IMG/VR virus record: IMGVR_UViG_3300044806_000313
Coordinates: 1-48,268 of that record
Origin: a virus
Taxonomy: Duplodnaviria > Caudoviricetes
Direction: 5' to 3' (one strand)
Length of the DNA: 48,268 bases
In this document: one piece after another, positions 27,590-35,641 of the stretch
How positions within the stretch are numbered: position 1 is the stretch's first letter
How the letters are laid out: every line of letters begins with the position of its first letter
The notes under the pieces: model-generated
What the model saw: the letters and a program-made list of their open reading frames with translations, nothing else
Told to the model about the DNA's origin: nothing
Database searches by the model: none
Program-made: the position numbers and the translations under genes

Positions 27590-28153
27590 TTAAGCTGCCT
27601 GCATACCCATCAACGCCGCGCGGCGCGTATGGGCAGTTCTGTGAAGCGTTACCGCGTCACGTTGCATCCGTAATTCGTTGGCGCGCTCGGTGCCGTATTG
27701 CAAAGCATCGCGCAGCCATAAATCTGCATTGTCGTAAGTCACGCCGATGTCAACCATTAGCTTGTGCGCGTCTTTGGCTGCGTCAACGTTGGTCAACGTG
27801 AGCAATCGCGGCGATTGAACAAGATCGGTCAATTCAAGCAAGAGCACTTGAATTTTGGCGAGAAGCTGAGCGGCTGCGCGGGCGTGACCGTAACGGGCAA
27901 TCGGATCGTTCTTGCCAGCGATCACAGCTACGTCGTAAGTGCGCACCTTTGATTGAATGAGATTGATGATCATGCGCGCACGTTGCGGCGTGCCAATGCC
28001 TTCAAAATCGCCCGCGCTTGGCGTGGCAATTTCAAACGTGTCGAAAAGCTCTGTCACTTTGAGCATTTCGCGTAACTCGCGGAGTTCGTAACTATCGGGA
28101 TAATCGGCTTCGATTGCGGCAATTTCTGCGCGAATAGATTCTGGTGTTTTCAT
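27590..28153 (-). CDS. Hypothetical protein
   Basis: 187-aa ORF with GGAG RBS. Confidence 0.7.
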   Translation of the reverse strand: MKTPESIRAEIAAIEADYPDSYELRELREMLKVTELFDTFEIATPSAGDFEGIGTPQRARMIINLIQSKVRTYDVAVIAGKNDPIARYGHARAAAQLLAKIQVLLLELTDLVQSPRLLTLTNVDAAKDAHKLMVDIGVTYDNADLWLRDALQYGTERANELRMQRDAVTLHRTAHTRRAALMGMQAA

Positions 28154-28253
28154 TGCTACTCCAAGGTAAGGTTGAAGCGCCGAGTCCGAGGGATACTAAC
28201 GGACTCGGCTTGTTACTCACGCCACGACGGCGCGAGGGTTGCGGGGGAATAAA

Positions 28254-28364
28254 TCAGTTGCGCTCGTCTTCGCGGTGATCGGGATACCAACCAGCCAGAA
28301 CGGCAATGCCAGCGATGAGCGCCGCGCCGATTACGATTGTGATTGCTGCGATATAAATGTTCAT
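28254..28364 (-). CDS. 36-aa single-TM peptide (not in the ORF track)
   Basis: MNIYIAAITIVIGAALIAGIAVLAGWYPDHREDERN, directly after the previous stop. Confidence 0.45.
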   Translation of the reverse strand: MNIYIAAITIVIGAALIAGIAVLAGWYPDHREDERN

Positions 28365-28366
28365 GA

Positions 28367-28627
28367 CTAGGCTTTTGGAACCGGGCCAAGCGATTCGATG
28401 TTCACGACTCTAAACGCGGCTTTTATTACGTTGTGAATAGGATGCTTGATAAAGATGTGCGAACCCTCGGCGGACTTGATGATTCTGTCAGCATCGTGCT
28501 CTGTAAATTGCTCAGCCTCGTCAATCTTGGCTGTATAACCGCAGCCGCCCTTACGCCAGAAGTGCGCAATGTTTGAAAGTGGCGGTGTTCTATTTTCCAA
28601 GAAATACAATTGAAAATTGAGATTCAT
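28367..28627 (-). CDS. Hypothetical phage protein ('FW..GG.GYT..I..A..FT')
   Basis: 86-aa ORF with GAGG RBS. Confidence 0.65.
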   Translation of the reverse strand: MNLNFQLYFLENRTPPLSNIAHFWRKGGCGYTAKIDEAEQFTEHDADRIIKSAEGSHIFIKHPIHNVIKAAFRVVNIESLGPVPKA

Positions 28628-28835
28628 AAAGCCTCATTGTGAGTTACCAACCGGGCGGGGGATCGCCCGTGCCTATGGTGCGCGCCGTGTCTCGCCTGAT
28701 TGCGGCGTGCCCCAAAATTGAAACCTGCTGATCTACCCGCGTTGTCTTCGGTCTAAGCTATTGGTGACCTAGCAACTTCCCCAGTGTGTGCCTCAAGCGG
28801 CGCGTGGTATTGATTTCATGCTGGCCAGCAGGGTT

Positions 28836-28877
28836 AGTTTTGAAAGATCAAGCACGGCGCGGAGATGCTGCGCCGTC
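28836..28877 (-). promoter_or_regulatory. Hairpin followed by boxA-like sequence (TGATCTTTCAAAACT); possible antitermination site
   Basis: ACGGCGC/GCGCCGT stem, then a sequence resembling rrn boxA. Confidence 0.45.
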
Positions 28878-28888
28878 TCGTCGCGCTG

Positions 28889-29221
28889 TTACACCGCCGC
28901 GACGTTCTCTTTTAGCCGTGCGCGTTTGCCGCGCGGTTTGATCGGCGCAACGATGCGCGCCAATTTGCCAGCAAGCCGAAGCCTGCAATTCTCGACTTCT
29001 TCCAACGTGAACCAAACGCCCGCGCCATTCGGGCGGCGTGCAATAAGGCCGTCTTGCTCGTAGCGGGCGAGTACGCGAACGCTCACGCGCAACACCTTTG
29101 CCGCTTCGTTGCGGCTGAACTCGGTCTGCGCGGGCGGCTGAATTGCGGCCATTTGCTTGGCAACCTCGGCGGCAACCGTGTCAGCTATGAATTGTTCGAG
29201 AGATTCGAGAAGGTTGCTCAT
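28889..29221 (-). CDS. MerR/excisionase-like HTH DNA-binding protein
   Basis: 'FSRNEAAKVLRVSVRVLARYEQDGLI...VWFTLEEV'. Confidence 0.8.
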   Translation of the reverse strand: MSNLLESLEQFIADTVAAEVAKQMAAIQPPAQTEFSRNEAAKVLRVSVRVLARYEQDGLIARRPNGAGVWFTLEEVENCRLRLAGKLARIVAPIKPRGKRARLKENVAAV

Positions 29222-29488
29222 TACTTTTACCTTGCGGCGTGCCCACGTACCGAGCACGCCGCTTGCACCAGAACACGCAGCGCGATTGCTACGCCCCAGC
29301 AGCGCCCCGCTGCCAAGATTGAGAAGTGAATTGCAACGCGCGTAAGGTTATCCGCTGTGCTTACTGCGCGGCATTCTGAGGGCGTCCAGGCTTGCCGTAA
29401 GGGCGTTACTGAAAGGCTCCTATCCGCTACGCATCGCAAACTTGAAAGACCGTTTTCAGTGCCACAAAACAGGCATCCGATGACCTGC

Positions 29489-29516
29489 ATTATCTATAGA
29501 AATTATTCGGCGTCAA
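29489..29516 (-). promoter_or_regulatory. Early leftward promoter TTGACG-16-GATAAT overlapping a TCTATAGA palindrome
   Basis: Near-consensus sigma70 hexamers; palindromes at 29493 and 29525. Confidence 0.6.
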
Positions 29517-29733
29517 GAGTTTTCTCTATAGAAAATGAATTATTAGTGCCAAGAGTATCTAAGTACTTTAGATAGTTAAAGTTAATCGTGCTTTCTGCTA
29601 CTTCGCGCAGCGTTGTGCGAATGGTGCGCCGTACCTCTTCTGGTAAGGCTTTGAACTGCGAAAGGGAGCCTTGAGCCACATAAATAGGCGCAACGGTCAA
29701 TCTTTTCTCTGGTTGTATCGTTGGTCTTGCCAT
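29503..29733 (-). CDS. Small regulator (Cro-like role, possibly ribbon-helix-helix)
   Basis: Starts MARP; divergent from a second MARP protein; has its own promoter. Confidence 0.55.
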   Translation of the reverse strand: MARPTIQPEKRLTVAPIYVAQGSLSQFKALPEEVRRTIRTTLREVAESTINFNYLKYLDTLGTNNSFSIEKTLDAE

Positions 29734-29743
29734 AATGATAGGC

Positions 29744-29773
29744 ATTTTAGGACTAGAGAAAACTAGGCGTCAA
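29744..29773 (-). promoter_or_regulatory. Promoter TTGACG-18-TAAAAT with a very short leader
   Basis: Shares the 13-mer GGCGTCAAGAGTT with the promoter at 29509. Confidence 0.55.
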
Positions 29774-29825
29774 GAGTTATTCACATATATTACCCAAAGT
29801 GTTTTAATCTATAGATAATTAAAAA

Positions 29826-30167
29826 ATGGCTAGGCCGTCTAAGAATCCCGCTGACGTTCTGCAACCACAAGCTCTCGCATTAAACGAGAGTGAGCTGGCT
29901 GCACTTTCCCGCTATGCTTTCGCTCGTGGCATCTACACCAAGGGCAATAGTAAAGCGGCTCGTGAGTTGATCCAGTTAGGGATATTTTTTGCTGACTCTT
30001 TAATGATGGCTGATAAAAACTATAAATCGCTCATAGACAACATTTTGCAGGCGTCCGACGCCGGGCAGACATCCGTCATTAACGAGCAAACTACGCACGA
30101 CGCAGAACCACCAATTCCCGTGATTGCCGTACACCCTCAAGCGCGGGGAAAACCAAGGCCAACTTAA
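29826..30167 (+). CDS. Putative repressor (ribbon-helix-helix/CopG-like)
   Basis: 'ALALNESELAALSRYA...NSKAARELIQLG' fits a strand-helix-helix pattern; GATAAT 6 nt before the ATG suggests a leaderless mRNA. Confidence 0.55.
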   Translation: MARPSKNPADVLQPQALALNESELAALSRYAFARGIYTKGNSKAARELIQLGIFFADSLMMADKNYKSLIDNILQASDAGQTSVINEQTTHDAEPPIPVIAVHPQARGKPRPT

Positions 30168-30190
30168 CCGCCAGTGCAGCGGTCAACCTT

Positions 30191-30496
30191 TTGAGGCAAG
30201 GATCAATGGGTACGACAAAGCTACGCGAGCGCATTGAAATGGTTCAAGCTATAGCCAATACCCAAACAGGCGACAGACTTGAACTTTCCCCCAAGACCGG
30301 ACGCCCACGGTTTGCCGAAATTGTGGATGATCCACGAATCGCCGATGGCTTGGTTGTCGGCGCAGCCCTGATGCTCGGAACGGTGCAAGACGTAAGGGGA
30401 AATTACCTAGTGAACAACGGAAAAACCGTACAGCGGTTTTCAAAAGCCACAGCCAAACTGATAATGCTGGATCATTTTGGCGCATACACCCTCTGA
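30191..30496 (+). CDS. Hypothetical protein
   Basis: 101-aa ORF; start uncertain. Confidence 0.5.
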   Translation: MRQGSMGTTKLRERIEMVQAIANTQTGDRLELSPKTGRPRFAEIVDDPRIADGLVVGAALMLGTVQDVRGNYLVNNGKTVQRFSKATAKLIMLDHFGAYTL

Positions 30497-30500
30497 TTAT

Positions 30501-30513
30501 GGGGGGGGGGGGG
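30501..30513 (+). repeat. G13 homopolymer tract
   Basis: Seen directly; followed by the hairpin GGCGGCTA-GGAT-TAGCCGCC. Confidence 0.9.
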
Positions 30514-30551
30514 CGGCTAGGATTAGCCGCCTTTGCATTATCATTAAGCCT

Positions 30552-31181
30552 ATGAAATACATTCTATTACTCGCCTTCATCATCTGCCCTGTCGCTCACG
30601 CGCAAGGCATCGCGCACATCATCACGACCGCCGACGGGCGCAAAGCAATCCTAAAAACAGACGGCACTTGGAGCTACGCAGGCGCGAGCGAATACGGCGC
30701 GGCATCGGCTCCGGCCTCCGTTGCGGATGGCTCAATCGAATTCGAGGCGGCAATTATGCTGCGCAACAGCGAAGTGCGTCCGGTTGCGCGGGCTGAATTC
30801 TTTTTGCTCGATCAAAGCCTTGAGACCATATTGAGCGGCGCTGGATTTAAGACAGGCTGGCTCAACAAACGAGGCACGGCGACTGATACATTCTGGCATC
30901 TGGTCGCCGCTGCCACTCGCGGGAATATGTTGGGCGGCGGTAAGGATTTGGCCGTCGCACGCGCAGCCGTTGCGGCTCACACGCTCGCCAAAGTTACCAG
31001 CGGCTTTGATGGCAAAGGGAAATTTGAAGGCGTGAAGCCGGGCAGATATTACGTGATCGCGATGCACTACCACGCGATTACGAGGCAAACGCCGTGTTGG
31101 GAAATGGTTGTTGATGTTGCGGCTGGCAAAACTGCGCGGCTTGTTTTTGGCTCAGATAATGCTACGTCGTGGGGTTATTAA
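30552..31181 (+). CDS. Exported protein with signal peptide and prealbumin/carboxypeptidase-regulatory-like beta domain
   Basis: Signal peptide 'MKYILLLAFIICPVAHA'; 'DGKGKFEGVKPGRYYV' motif. Confidence 0.75.
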   Translation: MKYILLLAFIICPVAHAQGIAHIITTADGRKAILKTDGTWSYAGASEYGAASAPASVADGSIEFEAAIMLRNSEVRPVARAEFFLLDQSLETILSGAGFKTGWLNKRGTATDTFWHLVAAATRGNMLGGGKDLAVARAAVAAHTLAKVTSGFDGKGKFEGVKPGRYYVIAMHYHAITRQTPCWEMVVDVAAGKTARLVFGSDNATSWGY

Positions 31182-31193
31182 ACGCCCAAATAG

Positions 31194-31230
31194 AAAAGCC
31201 CGATAGCGTAACAACTATCGGGCTTTTATT
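31194..31230. terminator. Bidirectional intrinsic terminator
   Basis: AAAAGCCCGATAG...CTATCGGGCTTTT between convergent genes. Confidence 0.85.
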
Positions 31231-31290
31231 CAGCCTCACTTTTGCCTAGAACTGGACGCGATTGGAACCCGATTTATTCTAGGCGTTCAT

Positions 31291-31536
31291 CTATGGAGAC
31301 TGTTTTACGGTGGCGCGTCCTTTTTCAGTAACGACAAACCCGTCATTACCTTGTTGCGTAATCAAACCCCGATCAAGCAATAGCTTTAACGCTAAGTCTT
31401 GATCGGTCAGCCCGCGCTCAATTACGCCCCTAAAAAGCGGCGTGCGGTATCCCGCCATAAAGCGCAAGTCCATCATCGCCCTAGTTTCCAAGTTGTTTAA
31501 TCGGTGAAATTCTCTCTTGCATCGCTCGCACAGCAT
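31291..31536 (-). CDS. Small winged-helix-like protein
   Basis: GGAGG RBS; 'LLDRGLI...FVVTEKGR' wHTH end. Confidence 0.6.
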   Translation of the reverse strand: MLCERCKREFHRLNNLETRAMMDLRFMAGYRTPLFRGVIERGLTDQDLALKLLLDRGLITQQGNDGFVVTEKGRATVKQSP

Positions 31537-31669
31537 AACTCAACCTCCAACCTAATAATAACAAAAGCCCGACGACGTTTCCACAATTACGTTCAAACGT
31601 CTAAACGCCCAAAAGCCACACACTGACAGCCCATAGCCAAACGCCACGCGCTGCGATATAAGCACGCTT

Positions 31670-32854
31670 ATGCCCCGACACCCAGGATCAGCAACGCTCA
31701 AGCCCGACGGCAAAGGCGGATTTACCACGCGCCTTGAACTCACTTGGCCCGACGGTCGCGTTCGCCAGCACAAACTTACCGCTCCAACAAAACGCGCATT
31801 GCGTGAACTTGCGGACGCGAAAATACGCGAGCGCGATGCAGCCGCAGCTCCCACACAAATCGAATTGAGCACGATTGGCGCACTGATTGACACTTATTTG
31901 GTCGAGCGGGCGCATCCGGCTACGTTTCTGTCTGGCGTCAAGGTGAGCGGCGTCAAAAATCACAAAGAGCGCAAGCGGCTGTGCGAGGTGGTCCGGTCAC
32001 ATTTCGGCGCAAATTGGTTGGTCCGCGCCGTTGGTCCTGCCGAAGTCGAAGCCTACAAATCCGCACGAATCGCGCATCAGGACCAGAACGACAACACGCG
32101 CAAAATAGCCACAATCAACCACGAGCTTGAAATACTGCGCGCCCTGCTCAACTTCGCCGTCAGTCGCCACATCATCACAGAATCGCCGTTCAAGCGGTTA
32201 CGCGGGATTATCCAAAACAGCGACGAGGACAAGCGGGACCGCGTGCCAACGTTCGGTGAGGAAATGGCAATGCTTGATGCCTGCTACACGGCGGGCAATG
32301 TGCGCCGTGCTTACTTCCGATCGGTGCTGATTATCCTTGCTGATACGGGAATGAGGCGAGGTGAGCTATTGAAGCTCGAAAAGGCGTGGTGCGATTTTGA
32401 AGCGCGGTCAATTAGCCTGCCGCGACAAATCACCAAGACAAACAAAGCGCGCACGATCCCGATGACGGCCCGCGTTGCTGGCGAACTGCGCAACCTGATT
32501 GCCACGAAGGGTAAAGGCTCGCATCTGGTGTTGGGCGGGTTGAAGAATATCTCGGTGATTTTTGACCACGTAAGGAAGGCGGCGGGTGTGGCTGATATAA
32601 GAATTCACGACATGAGACACGCTACGGTGACCAGAGCAATCATTGCAGGCGTGCCACTTGCCGCCATCACAGCCGCCAGCGGTCACCAGTCCGACGAATG
32701 GCGACGCTATGCCAACCCCTCATACGACGGCCTCAAGACGCTGCTACGGCCATTTGGAAGCCAGACAGAGGCAGAGGTAAAGGAATACGCTCGCGGCGTG
32801 CTGTACGGGATTAAGGAGGCGTTTGGGTATGATCTGGATGCGCTGTTGAAGTGA
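31670..32854 (+). CDS. int: Tyrosine recombinase (phage integrase)
   Basis: Catalytic residues R (TGMRRGE), K (TKT), HxxR (HDMRH), H (SGH), Y (RRY); N-terminal arm-binding-like domain. Confidence 0.95.
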   Translation: MPRHPGSATLKPDGKGGFTTRLELTWPDGRVRQHKLTAPTKRALRELADAKIRERDAAAAPTQIELSTIGALIDTYLVERAHPATFLSGVKVSGVKNHKERKRLCEVVRSHFGANWLVRAVGPAEVEAYKSARIAHQDQNDNTRKIATINHELEILRALLNFAVSRHIITESPFKRLRGIIQNSDEDKRDRVPTFGEEMAMLDACYTAGNVRRAYFRSVLIILADTGMRRGELLKLEKAWCDFEARSISLPRQITKTNKARTIPMTARVAGELRNLIATKGKGSHLVLGGLKNISVIFDHVRKAAGVADIRIHDMRHATVTRAIIAGVPLAAITAASGHQSDEWRRYANPSYDGLKTLLRPFGSQTEAEVKEYARGVLYGIKEAFGYDLDALLK

Positions 32855-32999
32855 GTATTTTATCGTCTCGCCGTTTCGTATATTCTGAATAGGCTTGCCA
32901 TCTTATGCCAACGGTAAGGCCAAATAAAAACGCGAAAATAGCAGCGCCAAATGCGCTCAATAACGCCGCTAAGGATTGCCAATAAGTTATGCAATTCAT
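32811..32999 (-). CDS. Small single-TM protein
   Basis: 62 aa with a hydrophobic segment; converges on int. Confidence 0.4.
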   Translation of the reverse strand: MNCITYWQSLAALLSAFGAAIFAFLFGLTVGIRWQAYSEYTKRRDDKILTSTAHPDHTQTPP

Positions 33000-33014
33000 T
33001 CCAATTTGCCTTTC

Positions 33015-33258
33015 GTTTCCGTATCCGTTTCCGTGCCGCTCAATTCCGCCGCTCAGCTAAAGCCAAGCAATTAAACCAATTAAAGCAGCGGAATCTTCGC
33101 GTATAGCCTGCCTGTTAAGCAGATGAAGGATTTTGCATTTTGCGCATTTAGTCGCTTTTATTCGCGTTTTACGGGCGAAAATAGCGGGCGGCCAATGCGC
33201 AAAGCGCACAATTTAGCCTGTTTTAGACTTTGTTTCCGTGTCGTTTCCGTGTTTCCGT
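33015..33258. other. Candidate attP: GTTTCCGT arm-type repeats flanking a tRNA-Asn-like anticodon stem-loop
   Basis: GTTTCCGT at 33015, 33027, 33232, 33243, 33251; CTGC-CTGTTAA-GCAG at 33108-33122; directly downstream of int. Confidence 0.65.
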
Positions 33259-33515
33259 GCTCGTTGCGCTCGCTTTGCCGCCGCCGCCTTGCTCGGCTTT
33301 TTGTGGCGCGGCCTTCCGCCTGTCTTGCCTGCCGCAATTTGTCTGCGCTCTTTTTTGTCGAGGCGATTGAACTGCTCGACGAAGGCGAACAGGCAGGTCG
33401 CAACCTTTTCGCCGGATTGCGTGCCACGAACAGCGAAATAGTCAATGCTGTCTTTTACGATTTGCGCGCCTTGCCGTGCAAGTTCGAGCGCGGCGGCGTT
33501 GTCCGGTCTGGTCAT
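33213..33515 (-). CDS. Basic protein with a 'GKTGGRP' motif
   Basis: K/R-rich C-terminus; the 3' end overlaps the attP arm repeats. Confidence 0.55.
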   Translation of the reverse strand: MTRPDNAAALELARQGAQIVKDSIDYFAVRGTQSGEKVATCLFAFVEQFNRLDKKERRQIAAGKTGGRPRHKKPSKAAAAKRAQRARKHGNDTETKSKTG

Positions 33516-33518
33516 ATT

Positions 33519-33917
33519 TTAAGCCTGCTGGCTCAGTCGGTGCTGAGTGACGACAGCCTCTGCTGCGCGACCACCGCTGGCTATCGGATTGTACATTACG
33601 GCGGCGAAACAATTCACCTCCGTTGAGTACGCCACTCTCGCCGCAGCAGCAGCGGCTGCGTTGTCGCCGATTGCGCCGTCATGTAGGATGCCGCCTTGCC
33701 CGCCGTACGCGGACTCTAAAAAAAGCGCGGCATCTTGCGCTTCTTGCAAGGACGCCTTGCTATCTACCCATAGCCGCAGGATGTAGACGGCTTTCTCCGC
33801 GTCCTCGCTGCGACTTGCAGCGCGTAGCTCTGCGCAATTAAGCGCGCAACGGAGAAAAGATTTGCGCCTGTCTGACCATGCCGGGCTGGGTGTGGGACTG
33901 GGTAATGCATGTTTCAT
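33519..33917 (-). CDS. Ala-rich hypothetical protein
   Basis: ATG at 33917 (MKHALP...); helical repeat-like pattern. Confidence 0.55.
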   Translation of the reverse strand: MKHALPSPTPSPAWSDRRKSFLRCALNCAELRAASRSEDAEKAVYILRLWVDSKASLQEAQDAALFLESAYGGQGGILHDGAIGDNAAAAAAARVAYSTEVNCFAAVMYNPIASGGRAAEAVVTQHRLSQQA

Positions 33918-33960
33918 ATTGCTTCTAAGGGAAAGGGCGACCGGAGCCGCCCGCGTGTGG

Positions 33961-34320
33961 TTATTTTGTTTTGCGAATTTTGAGGATTTTAACGAGTGGC
34001 TCGCCGTCGCTGCCCCATCCGACAATAATGCCAGTCCCGCGAAACTGCTGGCGCTCAGTGATGCCGAAATGCCAGCCGACAAGTTTAGGTTCACTGTTAA
34101 CGACTTCGTAAACGCTAACGCCTTCCTCACTTGTGCCTTCGCGGTGATTAGTGCTAACACCCGAGGCAGGAGGCTTGCCGAAGCGGGCAAATTCAATAAC
34201 TTCGCCGATGCGGGCTTTCTTGCAATCAAGGCAAAGACTATAAACTTTTACGTCATCGCCTTTGCCCCAAGGATCGTTTGTTGAATAGTGGCCGCATTCG
34301 TGAAGGTTATAAATTGCCAT
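33961..34320 (-). CDS. Hypothetical Cys/His-containing protein
   Basis: HECGH...CLDC; first gene after a consensus promoter. Confidence 0.7.
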   Translation of the reverse strand: MAIYNLHECGHYSTNDPWGKGDDVKVYSLCLDCKKARIGEVIEFARFGKPPASGVSTNHREGTSEEGVSVYEVVNSEPKLVGWHFGITERQQFRGTGIIVGWGSDGEPLVKILKIRKTK

Positions 34321-34373
34321 TGCTTTACTTGCTGCGTTTCTATTTGCGTGGGCTAATTCCCAACCGCAAAAGC

Positions 34374-34402
34374 AGTATACTATCCTAGGTTTGTCCTGTC
34401 AA
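34374..34402 (-). promoter_or_regulatory. Near-consensus sigma70 promoter TTGACA-17-TATACT
   Basis: Read directly on the - strand; 17-nt spacer. Confidence 0.85.
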
Positions 34403-34445
34403 CAGGAAAGCGAAAATAATTCGGCGGGTTTGTTTTTTTGATTGG

Positions 34446-35090
34446 CTAAGGCTTGCGCGTCGGCATCTGTCGCGTGCTTGGTGCTCGTTCGACCCGCGTA
34501 AAAGGCCAGCCATCACCAGCCCATAGCCACAGCCCGCGCCCGTATAGCCGCGCCTCAGATTGCGCCGTGTAATAGCTCAGTTCGTCGCCGTCGCTTACTT
34601 CATCCTGCCACGTCAATTCACGCAGCCACGCACGGCCACGCCGCAGCATTTCAAGTGCGACATCGGAGGGTTTGGCGGCGATAAACGAGCCGTTTTGCAT
34701 AGGCCATTGCAGGCGCAGCGCGCAGACGAAACGCGGGCGCTCAAGATAGCGGCGCAAGTTTGCATCCCATTCCGTGACAAGCTCCGAACGCGAGCACGAC
34801 ACCTCGACAAATTGATTTTCGACAATTGAATTCAACGCAAGGGCTGAGTCTTGCGCAAGCTGAGCGGTGAGGTTTCCAGCCGCGTTGGGCGCTTCGATTC
34901 CCGCGATCCGCACATTGAACCATTGCGAATCGAGGCCTTCACGCGGCGTAAGGTGCAGCCATAGCGTATTGCCGGACGTGGCGGGCGGCATGCCCTCGGC
35001 AAGTACGGCATCAGGCACGGGGAAGGCTTGCACGATTTGCACGGGCGGCAGATTTTGGAACGTCAAAAGGCAAAAGAGAAAATAAAACAT
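34446..35090 (-). CDS. Thermonuclease (SNase-like) family protein, probably exported
   Basis: Motifs 'VRIAGIEAP', 'DVALEMLRRGRAW' and 'AQSEARLYGRGLW'; hydrophobic N-terminus. Confidence 0.85.
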   Translation of the reverse strand: MFYFLFCLLTFQNLPPVQIVQAFPVPDAVLAEGMPPATSGNTLWLHLTPREGLDSQWFNVRIAGIEAPNAAGNLTAQLAQDSALALNSIVENQFVEVSCSRSELVTEWDANLRRYLERPRFVCALRLQWPMQNGSFIAAKPSDVALEMLRRGRAWLRELTWQDEVSDGDELSYYTAQSEARLYGRGLWLWAGDGWPFTRVERAPSTRQMPTRKP

Positions 35091-35404
35091 AGGGCACACT
35101 CCTTACCCAAATTATAAGCCGAATAAGGCCAGCTAATACAGATAAATACTTGCTATAAGCTGAGCTAATAGTTAAAATGTGCCTGTTGACACCTTGATTG
35201 CTCCTAATAAAGCGGTTGCCGTGCAGCGGTAAGGGCGACGGCAACCGCTAAAGTTTTCAGAGTCGGCGGCGGCGGATCGTGGGCAAGGGGTTGCTAGTTA
35301 TCTTTTGTTCGTCGGCTCTGATTTGAAAATGCGTGCGGCAAAATTCGGCCTCGTGCCGTGTGGTGCAAGCGATGTCTTGTACCCTATACCGCAGCAGAAT
35401 ATGC

Positions 35405-35641
35405 GATGCGGCGGCGTGGATAGACACGCTCTTTGGCTGTTTTTGAGTTACGGGCGCAGAAGCCGAAAAGGAAAGCAAAGAGGCAGCATCGCTTCTTGCA
35501 AAGTACGAAGTAAGAGGCAAGCGCGGGGCGAGAGTCTTAAATGTGGTGACCATTAAAACACGTCCGGCAACGGAGACTATATCTGAACAGCAGATGCAAA
35601 AAGAACCGTAACGAGCAGGTTAGAATCCTGCCCGCATCGCA
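35405..35641 (+). ncRNA. tRNA-like structured RNA (about 235 nt) with a ~185-nt insert in place of the anticodon/variable arm
   Basis: Acceptor GATGCGG/CCGCATC; D-arm GCGT-GGATAGAC-ACGC; T-arm GCAGG-TTAGAAT-CCTGC, all at tRNA-like spacing. Confidence 0.65.

Noticed and set aside
33108-33122. Phage-encoded tRNA-Asn gene
   Set aside because: Only an anticodon-like stem-loop is present; no D-arm, T-arm or acceptor stem
35405-35641. Canonical tRNA, tmRNA, or tRNA with a group I intron
   Set aside because: No anticodon arm or CCA; has a D-stem and lacks the tmRNA alanine acceptor identity; no downstream partner for GACTA to form the group I P7 helix was visible
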